From: Eledone cirrhosa
Taxonomy: Eukaryota
Length of the DNA: 64,000 nucleotides
Direction: 5' to 3'
Assembly (NCBI GenBank): GCA_964016885.1
Contig: OZ024742.1
Coordinates: 62,310,001 to 62,374,000, forward strand
Shown one piece after another: positions 27,219 through 41,517 of this stretch. A program made the position numbers and the translations under genes. The first letter of the stretch is position 1. Each line of letters starts with the position of its first letter. Under the pieces are notes generated by a model, which was not told the DNA's origin, made no database searches, and saw nothing but the letters and a program-made list of their open reading frames with translations.

Positions 27219-27249
<31 letters not shown>

Positions 27250-27254
27250 ATTAG

Positions 27255-28285
27255 ACCTTTGATTCTGTGGACCGTCACTGCCTGATGAAGAGCTTACAGG
27301 CTTATGGAATCCCCAAGAAGATAGTGGACCTGATATCACTGCTCATTACACCTGATGGGATGACAGAGTTCTTTGAGATACTGGCTGGAGTGCTCCAGGG
27401 AGATACATTGGCTCCCTACCTTTTTATCATCGTAGTGAACTATTGTATGCGCCTTGCACTGGAGAAACACCAGGACTCTGGCTTTACTGTAGCACCGGCT
27501 CAGAGCAGGAGAGTTAAGGCGAAAAAGGTATCAGGTGCTGAATTTGCCGACGACATAGCTTTGGTGACAAATACAGTGAAGGAGGCAGAGGATTTGAGAC
27601 TGTGTCGATGAGTGTGGGGCTGAGAATGAATGAGACTAAAACAAAACATCTGGTAGAGAATGTTGAGAAGCCAGAGGGGATCACTAATGTAGGCGGGAAG
27701 CCGCTAGAATTGGTTGAGGACTTCCTGTATTTGGGAGCAAAGATTGGGAATACGGAAGATGATGTGGTTGAGAGGAAGAGCAAAGCCTTGGAGGCGTGCC
27801 ACAGCTTGAGATCGGTGTGCAAGTCGGACCTTCGTAAAGACCTGAAAAATCGCCTCTTCATTGCTGTAGTGGAGTCTGTGCTGCTGTACGGGTCTGAGAC
27901 TTGGATACTGACCAACAAACTCACTCAGATAGTGTATGGGTGCTACACGAGGATGCTGAAGATGGCTCTGAACATTAATCAGTATACACTGAGGATGAAA
28001 AACTCAGAGCTGTATCGGAGCCTCCCAAAAGTCAGCTCAAAAGTGACACAGAAGAGACTGATGTTAGCTGGACATGCTCACCGACATCCAGAGTTGACAT
28101 TGCACTCAGTGCTCCTGTGGGAGCCCCTGCATGGACACACTGGAAGAGGAAGACCAATGTTAACGTATGTTGATGCCCTAAGGACAGACACTGGTCTGTT
28201 GGAGACGCAGGACATGGCAGTGATAATGAGGGACAGAGACCGCTGGAGAGAACTCGTCCATGGATCTCGGGAATTTTACCCGCCC
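27255..28285 (+). mobile_element. RTE-type LINE RT pseudogene fragment
   Basis: GVLQGDTLAPYLFII, FADDIAL, FLYLG, VESVLLYGSETW, GRGRP, with one frameshift. Confidence 0.88.
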
Positions 28286-28704
28286 TATTCAAAATATTAA
28301 TAAATGAAGACATTCACATAATCAAAATATATGTTTTATTATATATATTTCGAAGGTACTGTGCTGTTTTTTCAGTACTTCCTTGTCAGATAAAATATAT
28401 GAATTGATGTATGACATACCTCAATTGTCTTGATGGTTCAATTCCAGTATTGGCAGTGATTTATTACAACAAATCTCAACATTTATATACCACAAATAAT
28501 AACATAATAATCTTAAATATGATGAAGAAGAGGATGTGGAGCGAGATAGAAGTATAAGGAGGGGGTGAGTATGAGAAAATGCAAGAAGAAATAAATAAAC
28601 TCATACATATATAAATATTTAAATACGTAAATAAACATGTTAGGGAAGAAAAGGAGAGAGAGAGGTAGATAGATAGAAGAGAAGAAAGAAGAGAAGAGAG
28701 AAGA

Positions 28705-28758
<54 letters not shown>

Positions 28759-29590
28759 AGAGAGAAGAAGAAAGACGTAACTGCAAAAAGGAAAGAAAGA
28801 AAGAACGAATGAAGGAAGAAAGGGACATGATGCGTGACCGTTGTTTTCAAATATTAAGTCAAATAGAAGCTACCAATTAAATACCATGAAATTTGTTTAA
28901 TATCTTTTGTATTTGGTTATGTTTAAGCTAATTATGCTAATATATTATATCAAAATTAAACAATATAAAATATTTTCTATAATAATCAAAAGCATAGTTT
29001 AATTAATATATTTATTAAATATTTTGTTACAAAATTTTAAAACATTTTTATCTATAAAGCAAGTTTAAATACATATTAAATATGTATAAGGATATTTACT
29101 AATACTTATGCGCATATCACCATAAGTATATGCATTTTATATAATGTTAAGAATTATTATCTGAATTATTCTATTTTCATTATAAAAACAGTTCAATTCA
29201 TTACTTACAGGATTAATAAGTAGTTATATTTACTCTTAAAAGTATTATTATTTTGATTTTACTTTTGTAACTATATCTTAATATATGTAGTTTGCCTTTA
29301 AGGATTTTTCGTAAATTGTATAAATCATGCTAAATATACATTATTAATCCATTTGGATAGAACGAAAATTATTTACGAAGAATGTAAACACAGGAAGATA
29401 ACCCGTACAACTTATGTTATCATTTATATTATCTAAGTGCTTTGAAAGCCAAAAGATATTTCAAACCGCGAATTCAGAAATTTCTAGTTATACAATGACC
29501 ATTCTAAATTCGAACTTAGGATACTGAGTCAAATCATGAGATTAATTTACTATATAAAAACGATATACAATTTTTAAGGTAAGGCAAAAC

Positions 29591-29623
<33 letters not shown>

Positions 29624-32112
29624 TTTCAAGAATTATTAATAATAGTCAATATTTTTTTCTTCTTAGTCAGTATTTTTTTCTAAATTTGTTATATGCTTGA
29701 AATGTCTTTCCAGACTTATGTAGACAAGTTCCAAATAATTCATTTTTTATAATTAATTAAATTACCATAATTGGTAATTATTAATAGAGTTTCTAAATTG
29801 CAAAGATTGCAGTTTAGTGAAATGGAAGCGTCCCGATAGGAGGCTTACTACAAGAAATTAAGTATTTAATATTTTTCTCTTTTATAGACCATATTAATTG
29901 TAATAATGAAGTAGAACATTTTTTATCTGGATTTGAGAAAGAATGTTTATGATTGGAAAAGCGAAACTTAAAGTTCGATGAAGTGGCACCTATGTAGTTA
30001 TAAGTATTATTATTATTTGTCTTAATGGTACATTTATATACTAAATTCTTATCAAGGCAATTATTTGGAAAGGGCATTCAGATTTCCTTCTACAGTTACA
30101 GTTCAATTCCCTGTTATTTCTATAACCTAAACTATTCGTATTATCATTATTATTTCTAGGTGTTCTACTATTATTCGTATTTAAACTATTGTTATTGTTA
30201 TTCACGTTAACTAATGTATTATTATTAATATTATTGTTATTATCGCTAATTATATGCTGGTTCAAATTAAGAATTTTGCTATTAATTTTTGCAATATTTT
30301 GAGCAATATTAATGTTGAATATGAGAGTTTAACTGTGTGTCTATTAAAGATAGAGTAATACTTATGTGATCTAGGGAAACATTTATCCAAGGCTTTAAAA
30401 AATAAATGTGCTAAAGGTGTTTTAATAGCTAAAGATGCTGGTGGGGCATAACACATTATAGATCTAGTCCTAATTCTTTTCCCCGATTTATTCCTCAAGT
30501 TGTTATTTTTACAGTCAGTTTTATTTTAATTATTATTATTATGAATATTGTGTTTATAATTAATATTATTTCTTTCTACATATTCAATATATTTTTGCCT
30601 ATCCGATCGAGTCCAAAAATCATTATTAAAGTCAATCAAGGTTCGCCTTGCCGTTAAAATAATATTAAATTCGTCACTAGATAGATTCGTGTGTTTATAT
30701 GCATATGAAAGCGCCTTATTTAAAAGACTAGGAGTTATTGAGGAGTAATAACTCGCTATGTCCATTTGAATGAATTTATGATTTATCTTATTTTCGATAT
30801 TATTGAACCAATCTATGACTTCAGTAGTGCCCTTCCATAAGTTAAGCCTTGACTTCAATTTTAACGTTGGCAAAATCCTATCTATTATCTTTTTACTAAT
30901 TATTCCAAGGTCTGATTTGGAAGGTTCAATAAGTCTAATAGGTAAGTCCTCTTCGAAATTTCTTTTATGGTCTTTAAAATTTATACGTGGTTGCCTTGGT
31001 ATGAAAGATTCGGTCTTCGGTTCTATTCCGAGATTGGTGATAATTTCAAAAGCATCATTATTGATATCCAATAGATCCTCACTCGGGGCTTTTCTGTAAT
31101 TTTTTCTCAATTCTTTTAAAATTAAGTCCTTATATTTTGTTTTTACTATCCCATATAGGTTGTGGGTTTTGTCTGAATTCACTAATATTTTATTTACTTT
31201 TTTTATGTCATTAATTTTTTCTCAATGACCTCTATATATATATGTGTTTTTCTTAAATTTTATATTCCTTAATATATTAAAAATTTCGTTTTCGAAATTT
31301 TCCAAGAGTTTGTTGTACGGAGGATTTTTCCTAGATTTAAACATATCTCGAAATTATGGTTGGTGTTTTTCTTATTTGTTTCTTTATTCTTTTCAAAATG
31401 AAAAGCACGCCACCGCAGTCTTCTTATGAAGGAGTTAGTTTGTCCAATAAGTTTTCTCGTGTATTCTTCTTTAGATGGTAAAGGTATATCTTTGAGAGAT
31501 GTAGAAACCCTAAAGAATTACATCATTTATTAATTAATAATCTATTGCAGAAGAAGCGCTCTACCTTCTGGGAGCTAAATATGACCAAAGATTAATAGGG
31601 TTCATTGATTACTCAATGAATATAGTTTTACAATAGATTAAAAACACTCTACAAAGAAGTTTTCTGGAGTTATTAATATTATTCAAAATATTAATAAATG
31701 AAGACATTCACATAATCAAAATATATGTTTTATTAAATATATTTCGAAGGTACTGTGCTGTGTTTTCAGTACGTCCTCGTCAGATAAAATACATGAATTG
31801 ATGTATGAGATACCTCAACTGTCTTGGTGGTTCAATTCCAGTATTGGCAGTGATTTATTACAACAAATCTCAACTTTTATATACCACAAATAATAACATG
31901 ATAAACTTAAATATGATGAAGAAGAGGATGTGGAGCGAGATATAAGTATAAGGAGGGGGTGAGTATGAGAAAATGCAAGAAGAAATAAATAAACACATAC
32001 ATATATAAATATTTAAATGCGTAAATAAACGTATTAGGGAAGAAAAAGAGAGAGAGAGGTAGATAGATAGAAGAGAAGAAAGAAGAGAGAAGAAAGAATA
32101 GAAGAGAGAAGA

Positions 32113-32170
<58 letters not shown>

Positions 32171-32489
32171 AGAGAGAAGAAGAAAGACGCAAATGCAAAA
32201 AAGAAAGAAAGAAAGAAAGAAAGAGACATGATGCGTGACCGTTATTTTCAAATATTAAGTCAAATAGAAGCTACCAATTAAATACCATGAAATTTTTTTA
32301 ATATCTTTTGTATTTGGTTATGTTTAAGCTAATTATACTAATATATTATATCAAAATTAAACAATATATAATATTTTCTATAATAATCAGAAGCATAGTT
32401 TAATTAATATATTTATTAAATATTTTGTTACAAAATTTTAAAACATTTTTATCTATAAAGCAAGTTTAAATACATATTAAATATGTATA
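28286..32489 (-). mobile_element. Internally deleted Naiad-type Penelope-like element with ~800-bp direct pLTRs (28286-29088, 31680-32489)
   Basis: SDKTHNLY, FKDHKRNF..RLIEPSKSDLG, FIQMDIASYYSSI (RT N-half), then IFNRHTVKLSYS, CNCRRKSECP, YIGATSSNFKFRFSNHKHSF and CNLC. The central RT catalytic region is missing. Confidence 0.9.
31728..31789 (-). ncRNA. pLTR hammerhead motif (H6); second copy at 28334-28395(-) has core CTGACAA
   Basis: TTTTAT-CTGACGA-GGACGTACTG..CAGTACCTTC-GAAA-TATATT-TA-ATAAAA. Confidence 0.75.
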
Positions 32490-32730
32490 GATAGATATGT
32501 ATAGATAGATATGTGTATATATATGTATGTGTGTGTATATATGTATGTGTGGATATGTGTATAATATATTTATATGTATATATATGTAGTATATATATAT
32601 GTATATGTAAAAAATATATATATATATGTAGGAGGTATAAAATGTGTTTATATGGAATATATATGTGTATGTATGTGTATATAAAATGTGTGGAGAATAT
32701 ATATGTGTATATATATGTATATGTACGTGC

Positions 32731-32796
<66 letters not shown>

Positions 32797-32833
32797 GTAT
32801 ATGGGATATATATATATATATAGAGAGAGAGAG

Positions 32834-33787
32834 ATTGGTGAACGGAAAAGAAAATGCTGACAAATTGTTCACAGTGAAAAATACTTTAATTAGGAATAAG
32901 TGAAAATTAGTAATAGTATTGGTTAGTATTCAGTTTTGGTTCTAAGTTTTACCGGTTGCTCATTTCTAATACTTTTCAAAACTAATTTTGAGATAGAGCG
33001 CCCGTGATGTTTACTCTAATCTGATTAGTTTTGGAAATTCTACCTGTTTTATGTGAAAAAAGTGGCTCCAGATGTATTAAAAAATTCTTGTGGTCAAAAC
33101 AATTTTGACCACACACATACACACACTTCTCCGTATAAGACAAGAGCTGAAAAATATCTTTTAACATGTTAAAATATCCCCCACACACTTACAGACACAT
33201 TCCTACTGACCATCCCTCTACCACGAATTACTCTGCTACACACACACACACACACACACACTTGTCTTAATAGGCATTTGAACTGTCAACAGGCTGCGGT
33301 TCGCACCCACATCCCTGCTGACCATTATCACAACAACGAACCTCTTTACTACTACTACACACACACACACACACACATATTTGTTTTGAAAGACTTATTT
33401 TTCAGTGACTTCTCAATCAGCCGACACAAACCTACATTTGGCGCAAAATCAATTTTGAACATTCACATGACCTCTACCGACCAATCAAAATTGTTTTGAC
33501 CACAAGAATTTTTGCAACACGAATTGGCGCGAAACTTATTTTAATACATCTGGAGCCACTTTTTTCACATAAAACAGGTAGAATTTCCAAAACTAATCAG
33601 ATCAGAGCAAACACCACAGGCGCTCTATCACAAAATTATTTTTGAAAAGCATTAGAAATGCGCAACCGGTAAAACTTAAAACCAAAACTGAATACTAACC
33701 AATACTATTGCTAATTTTCACTTATTCCTAATTAAAGTATTTTTCACTGTGAACAATTTGTCAGCATTTTCTTTTCCGTTTACCAAT
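32834..33787. repeat. Inverted repeat with ~275-300-bp arms (32834-33108 / 33486-33787) between (TA)-rich tracts
   Basis: Arms are reverse complements with scattered mismatches and one indel. Confidence 0.85.
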
Positions 33788-33821
33788 ATATCATAACTCG
33801 TGTGTTACACCTCTATTCTTT

Positions 33822-33896
<75 letters not shown>

Positions 33897-34250
33897 ATAT
33901 ATGGTACATATGTGGGAGATATATATGTATGTAGAAAAAATATATGTGTGTATATGTGGTGTATATATATACATATGTGTGTATGTGTTTGAAATATATG
34001 TATATGTATGTATAGGATATATATATATATGTATGTGTATGTATGTGTGTGTGTGTGTACGTATATATGTATATGTATGTATGTATGTAGAAAATATATA
34101 TTTGTATGTATGTGAGATATATATATATATGTATATATGCGTATGTATAATAAGATATGTATAATATATATGTATGTTTAGTGTGTATGTGTATGTGTGT
34201 ATCAGATATATATATATATATATGTATTTGTGTATATATAAATATATATA

Positions 34251-35395
34251 CACGTACTCCTCGTTTAACGAACGTGTTACGTTCCAATGACCCGTTCGTT
34301 AACCGAAATGATCGTTAAACGAGTGACTTTCTGCCGACATTTGGCATATAGGCCTGTAGAGTACAGCATATATTCTTGATTTTTTTTCTTTATTTCGATT
34401 AATAGTTTTTAACTTAAAATCATATACACAAAACTATAGCTTTTCTTTATAAAGTATATTACTGTACAGTAGTCTTATTTTTTGTTTTAGCTGTGGATTT
34501 CAAGGTTTTCAAAGCTAGGCTAGGCTACCTTATTGACACCAAATAGCTTCTCTCTTTAACACTCGGCAATATATTTTTCATGTTATCTTTTTATTTTCTC
34601 TCTTGTATGATAAGCTATTTGCACAATACACATCATATTACAGTACTACAGATATTTGGTATGTATGTGGGGTTGGAGTCGGAGTTTTACCCAGAAAGCT
34701 CAGCATAGATGACTGTTTTGTTTGCTTTTTTTTCTCATCATAAATTTCACGATAGCAACGTGGTCCATTTTCCAAATGTCTTTGAAATTTTGCCAAGCGT
34801 TCAATGTTAGGATCCATTGCCTCCAATCCTGACATCGCCTTACTTTTATGCGTGCCCCCAAGCCCTTAACAGTGAACATTTTCTGTTCCTCATCTGGTTG
34901 TTCTGCTGCTTCTTCCAACTCTTCTCTATGTCGCTGTTCTTCCACCTCTATTAAATCTTCGTCAGTCAACTCTCCTTCAACAAAGTTCACTAAATTTTCC
35001 ACATCTTGCGCATCCACTTCCAACCGCAACTTTTGAGCAAGACCAACTATTTTATTACGTATCACTTCAAAATCTGAATTTTTATCAAAACCTTCAAAAT
35101 TATTAACAAACATTTTCAAGCACTTTTTCCAGACAACTTTCATACATTTTCCACTCACGTCCCCCCAAGGTCGGTCGATGTTCTTGATGCAGTTGACAAT
35201 ATTAAAATCTTTCCAAAATTCACGAAGATCCATTACATCATCCTCCGTTGCTGTTACTGCCTGTGCAAAAGTAGTTCGCAAATGATACGCCTTGAAAGTA
35301 GATATCACCCCTGGTCCATTGGTTGAAGAATTGACGTCGTATTTTGGGGCAGATACACTACTTTAACATTAGGATGCAGGTCATCAATATGTTGT
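34251..35395 (-). mobile_element. Tigger/pogo DNA transposon 3' fragment (DDE transposase pseudogene)
   Basis: [43 protein letters not shown]..WKK, and YREIYDEKKKQTKQSS. TIR-like end at 34251 follows TA. Confidence 0.88.
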
Positions 35396-35522
35396 ATAAA
35401 ATATATATAAAATGTGTGTGCATATATGGGTTTATATGTATGTGTGTGTGTATATATGTGTATGTATGTGTTCGTATATGTTTGTGTATATGTATATATA
35501 TATATATATATATACATATATA

Positions 35523-35555
<33 letters not shown>

Positions 35556-36574
35556 GGGTGTGTATGCGTATGAATGTGTGTGTATATATATGTATATATG
35601 TGTTGGTATGTGTTTGTATGTAGTATATATGGACTGTAGATACATTTACATATAGGGAAGTGAATATATGAGCCACCATGTCCCCCCCCCCCTCCACCGC
35701 ACTTCCTCTCCCAGAGCAATATCAACAACACATCTTTGACAAATATTCCCAAACTATCCATCTTTTTTCTTTTTCCTGTCATCCCATTCTTATCAAGAGA
35801 CAGGTATCTTACACCTCATTAAAACCCAGACACGCACCTAAATTCATCTGTGATATAGAAATTTGTAGAAGATATTCTTTATGGATTTGGAAAGTTGAAT
35901 CAGCTATGCCATTATAAACTCATCAAAGGTCAGCTAATGAAATAAAACCAGCAGGAGAGTAGGTTTACGACCACCTTCTCAAACACCCTTATCTTACAAC
36001 CTCACCATTTTCTGGGTGTATATATAGTTGTGCGTGTATATGTGCGTGTGTATGTACGCGTGTGTGTGTATGTATGTATGTATGTATACTTTAATTCCTC
36101 CGGACCTTCATCATCATCAACACTCATTAACACCACACGCCACACCCTAGACACATCCAAATCTCTCTTATATATATAGTCACACATTTCAACACAACCT
36201 GATCTCAGTTTGACAATCACCACAGATAGACGAATGCGAGAAAGTACTCCAAGTTAACCAGGAATCTTTAAAATTCTTCCCACCGAAATTAACAACGAAC
36301 TTACTGGATCTACTAACTCTTAACATTATAATATTATATTTTGTTTAAATCATAAAAGGTTAACTTTGCCTTTCATCCTTACGGGGTCGATAAAATAAAG
36401 TACCAGTAATACACTGGTGAATTTGCTGGCCTTGTGCCAAAAGTAGAAACAATTATATTATAACATTAAATCATAAAATGTTTTAACACTACAAGTGAAG
36501 TCATTCTTTTCCCTTTTATTCAAATATACCTAACTGTACCAAGGATCGCACACATTTTCCAATATATATATATA

Positions 36575-36892
36575 TGCCTCTTTTCGTCTACTCTCACCGA
36601 CGTTAGACTTGTTTTTCTTCGCTCTCCCTATCTCGCCGTCAACAAGACCTCGGACATATGTTCAGCCGTTGGTTTGACTTCTTTCTCTCTCTCACTCCTT
36701 GTTACTTACATACATGTGCTTCCCCTCGCGTCCCCCTTTTATCGGTATGTTCTCTGCTTCTTTTTCTTTTATTCTTTGTCTGGGTTTTTTCTCTCTCCTT
36801 TATTCCTTCCCCAATAACTTTCAAAAGTTATTGACGCACTGGAGATAGACATATTGTTTAATGCGTTGAAATGTCGATGACCTCCAGCAGAA
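36575..36892 (+). repeat. Unclassified ~320-bp dispersed repeat; relatives at ~37970-38350 and ~46105-46360
   Basis: Shared TCTCGCCGTCAA..GACATATGTTCAGCCG and CCCAATAACTTTC..GACGCACTGGAGATAGACATATTG..GCGTTGAAATGTC blocks. Confidence 0.65.
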
Positions 36893-37309
36893 AAGTGAAG
36901 AGAATCAATTATTAATATTAGAAAAACTCAGATTACATATATATATATATAATAATATATGTAGAATAAACACAGTGAATTCTGTGTCTAAAATTACGAG
37001 GGTAGAGAATACCACAAATGTTTTATATATTTAACCTGAATCTTACGTAAGATTCAGGTTAAATATATAAAGCAAATGTTGTATTCACTAGGTCAGCAAA
37101 TACCCATTACATTACTGGTACTTTATTTTATCGACCTCGTAAGGATGAAAGGCAGAGTTAACCTCGTCGGGATTTGAACTCGGATCGTAAAGGGACGTAA
37201 CTATGCTGGAAAGCATGTCCGACCCTATACCGATACTGCCAATTCACAATAACATTCGATTCGTTTGCAATTGTCCATTTTATTTGCTTTCCTTTTATTT
37301 CTAAATACA

Positions 37310-37499
<190 letters not shown>

Positions 37500-37708
37500 A
37501 GAAAAACCACAAACCCTCCATCTCAATTCTACTTTTGAAAAGCACAAGAACTGCGAAACCGGTAAAGGAACTAAATAAATATTTTAAAAAAGAATCCAGT
37601 TGCATTTTCGATTTCATCTTTTTTCCTTATATATATATATATCCAGGAAAAACTTGAACTGTTAAGATCTTCTTCCTGGAGATGTCAATATTTATAAAAC
37701 AAACTTTG

Positions 37709-37769
37709 TATTTTATCTGATGAGTGCGTACCAAAGTTTTGTTACCCTTGAAATATATATAATGGAATA
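37709..37769 (+). ncRNA. Type I hammerhead motif (H7) in a ~170-nt (TA)n-flanked insert
   Basis: TATTTTAT-CTGATGA-imperfect stem II (CAAA gt TTTG)-GAAA-TATATA-TA-ATGGAATA. Confidence 0.6.
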
Positions 37770-37808
37770 AATATGGTTTTATAAATATAGTTACCATTTA
37801 TTTAATAT

Positions 37809-37862
<54 letters not shown>

Positions 37863-38069
37863 GTAATCTGAGTTTTTCTAATATTCATAAAACATTCGAT
37901 TCGTTTGGAATTGTGCAAACGAATTGTTTCTTCTAAATTTTTATTAATTTTTTACTGTGACCTGTTATTCCTTTTCGCCTACTTTCGCCGAGGTTAGACT
38001 TCATTTACTTCGCTCTCACTATCTCGCCGTCAATAAGACTTCGGACATATGTTCAGCCGCTGGTTTGAC

Positions 38070-38155
<86 letters not shown>

Positions 38156-39160
38156 TGCTTACATACATGTGCTTCTCCCCGTGTTCCCCTTTATTGATAT
38201 GTTCTCTGCGTTTTCTTTTCTTTTTTCCTATCCGTTTAATTTTTCTCTCTCTTCTTTTTCGCTTCCCCAATAACTTTCAAGAGAATTTGACGCACTGGAG
38301 ATAGACATATTGTCTATTATGCGTTGAAATGTCGGTGACCTCCAACAGACAATATATATATATATATATACAAATAAAATACAGAGTCACTAACTCATAT
38401 GGATATTCTGCAATTAACAGCTCAAAATATATATTTGACTTTGCCTTTCATCCTTACGGGGTCGATAAAATAAAGTACCAGTAATGCACTGGGTAATTGT
38501 TGGCCTTGTGCTTAAAGTAGAAACAATTATATAATAATATCGACCCCGTAAGGATGAAAGGCAAAGTTAATCCCGCCGAGGTTAACTTTGCGTTTCATCC
38601 TTACGGGGTCGATAAAATAAAGTACCAGTAATGTACTGGGTATTTGCTGGCCTTGTGCCTAAAGTAGAAACAATTATATAATATGTAGAAATAAACACAG
38701 TGAATTCTGTGTCTAAAATTACGAGGGTAGAGAATACCACAATTGTTTTATATATTTAACCTGAATCATACGTAAGATATAAAACATTGTTCATAAGATA
38801 TAAACATTTTTCATATACAGACCGTATCAATAACTATTTCATCTGTCGGACAGATTAGAGATTTAATCTGTTTCGCCATGAAAATTGTGTTTATAACAGA
38901 TAATCCGTAGGCTTTCCTCAGCTAGAGATGGGATCAAATGAAACAAAACACATGTAACTACAATTCACAGGAGTGAATATCACACCTCGTGCATTGGGCG
39001 TTATACGTGGTGTGAGTGGATATGCTAGAAATAATAGCCTCATTACACTCAACTTATAAGCTCACCTTGTTAGGGAGCCGAAATACAAATAAAATACAGA
39101 GTTACTAACTCATATTGATACCCTGAAATTAACAAGCTCAAAGTATAAATACTGAGCATT

Positions 39161-39362
39161 ATATAATAATATATGTAGAAATAAACACAGTGAATTCTGT
39201 GTCTAAAATTACGAGGGTAGAGAATACAACATTTGCTTTATATATTTAACCTGAATCTTACGTAAGATTCAGGTTAAATATATAAAACATTTGTGGTATT
39301 CTCTACCCTCGTAATTTTAGACACAGAATTCACTGTGTTTATTTCTACATATATTATTATAT
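39161..39362. repeat. Spacer-less palindrome with ~100-bp arms centred on TTAC|GTAA (39261/2); partial copies at ~36945-37085 and 38680-38778
   Basis: Direct reverse-complement reading of the two arms. Confidence 0.9.
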
Positions 39363-41517
39363 ATATATATATGTAATCTGAGTTTTTCTAATATTAATAA
39401 TTGATTCTACTTTTGGCACTAGGTCAGCAAATACCCATTACATTACTGGTACTTTATTTTATCGACCTCGTAAGGATGAAAGGCAAAGTTAACCTCGTCG
39501 GGATTTGAACTCGGATCGTAAAGGGACGTAACTATGCTGGAAAGCATGTCCGACCCTATACCGATACTGCCAATTCACAATAACATTCGATTCGTTTGCA
39601 ATTGTACAAACAAGCCTCATTATTAAGCCATGTCAGTAGAATGAACCCTTCATTCTTGCCCATGTGTTGGCATGATTTAATACATAAATGGCTTCTACAA
39701 GACTAGAACTGTTTAATTCGGAGGAAAGCTGACTGTCAATGTAATATGATGGCATTTATACATTTTGTGGTGGTAGGGGAGGGTGGTGATTGGGATAGGT
39801 GGAGGGTCATTGGCTGATGGATTTAAAGAAAGGGGATTCTTTGAAAAAACTATATTTAGAGAAAAATACATACTGATACAAAAACAAAGTTATATTCACG
39901 GTAAGTACCTATAGACAAACACTTACACACTGACAGACACTCGTTATTTTCAAGGTTCATTTATTCTAGGGAAACAAAGGATTTTCATTGAGTGGCAATA
40001 TTAACATGCTCTGCTAAAGGATGGTGAGGTCTGCAAAAATTGTCAGAAGTCTACAATCAGCCCCCCCCCCCCCGCCCTCAAACACACGTATATATATATT
40101 TTTTTTCAAGGTTCAATTATGCTAAGCAGACTAAAGAATTTTTTGTAAGTGGCTGCATTAACATGCTGTGTTAAAGTTTACAAAATGGTCAGTTCTTTAC
40201 ACTCACACACAACCACACACGCGCGCAGGCACACACTCACGCACACACACATACACACACATATGTGTACATATACATACACACATATCTATAAATACCC
40301 ACATATATACATATGTATATACATATATACATATATACACATAAACAAATATACATATACACACACATATGTATATATATATACACACAGACACACATAT
40401 ATATATATACACACACATATATACATTCATACATACATACACACAGACACACACAGACATATATATATATATATACATATATACATATATATATACATAT
40501 ATATATTTATTAAAATAACAGATTAAAGTTTAAGCAAAGAATCGCTGCTTTCACCCTTAACGGGATCTTCTGAAACAAACAAAGTCAATCTATAAACGCA
40601 GAAGTGGATATTTCAAAAAACGTTGCAACCGGAGGAAGACAGGAAGACGAGACTTTGGTTCGTGGAAACGTTCGCTGGCAAAGAACGGGAAAAAACGAAT
40701 AATACGTCATTAATAGGAGCGGTGAAAAACAATTACGCGCAAAGACAGAACCACGTTTATGGTATAAAAGAGGTCGTAGACTAATGTTCTCTTAGGTGGT
40801 GCATAGAGACGTTCTCTGGCAATGAACGAAAAAACGAAGATAATAAGTCATATGTGGTGCGTGCAGAACAATAGCACGCAAAGACAAAACCACGTAAATG
40901 GTATAGCAGAATTTGTAGACTAAAATTCTAACTAGGAGACCAAATGAATCTCCGCTACAGAGTTAAGAACAAAGTAAATAAATACAATACAGAAGTAATA
41001 GAAACAAATAAATACATACACGCAAACAGATACGTACATAGACAAGCATACGCAAAACCTTACCATAGGTATACAAAACCACGCACATATAAATATGTGT
41101 GTGTGTCTATGCTTGTTACAAATAAATAAATAAATATATAAACGTATATAAGTAAATAAATACGTATATAACAAGCGCACAGATTATACCTACAAATAAA
41201 TACACGAATGTTCGGAGACGTAAGTCAACTAAAATAAGAAGTACACATATACACACACCCACCATACGTACGAACCTGCATACTCACGCAGACGCAAAAC
41301 TCCCGTATACACATAGCGAAACCCTAAATACCAGAATATGTAAAAATTATACGCCATAACAGTCACATATACGTACGAAAAGGTATACATACCTTCACAA
41401 AACATACGGGTAATATATACTTACCTATGCAAATAAGTAAAGGAATAAACAAAACATATACTTAGCTCCCACATCAGGACGTAAAATATCCACGTATAGA
41501 TCGTGCTATCCGTTAGG

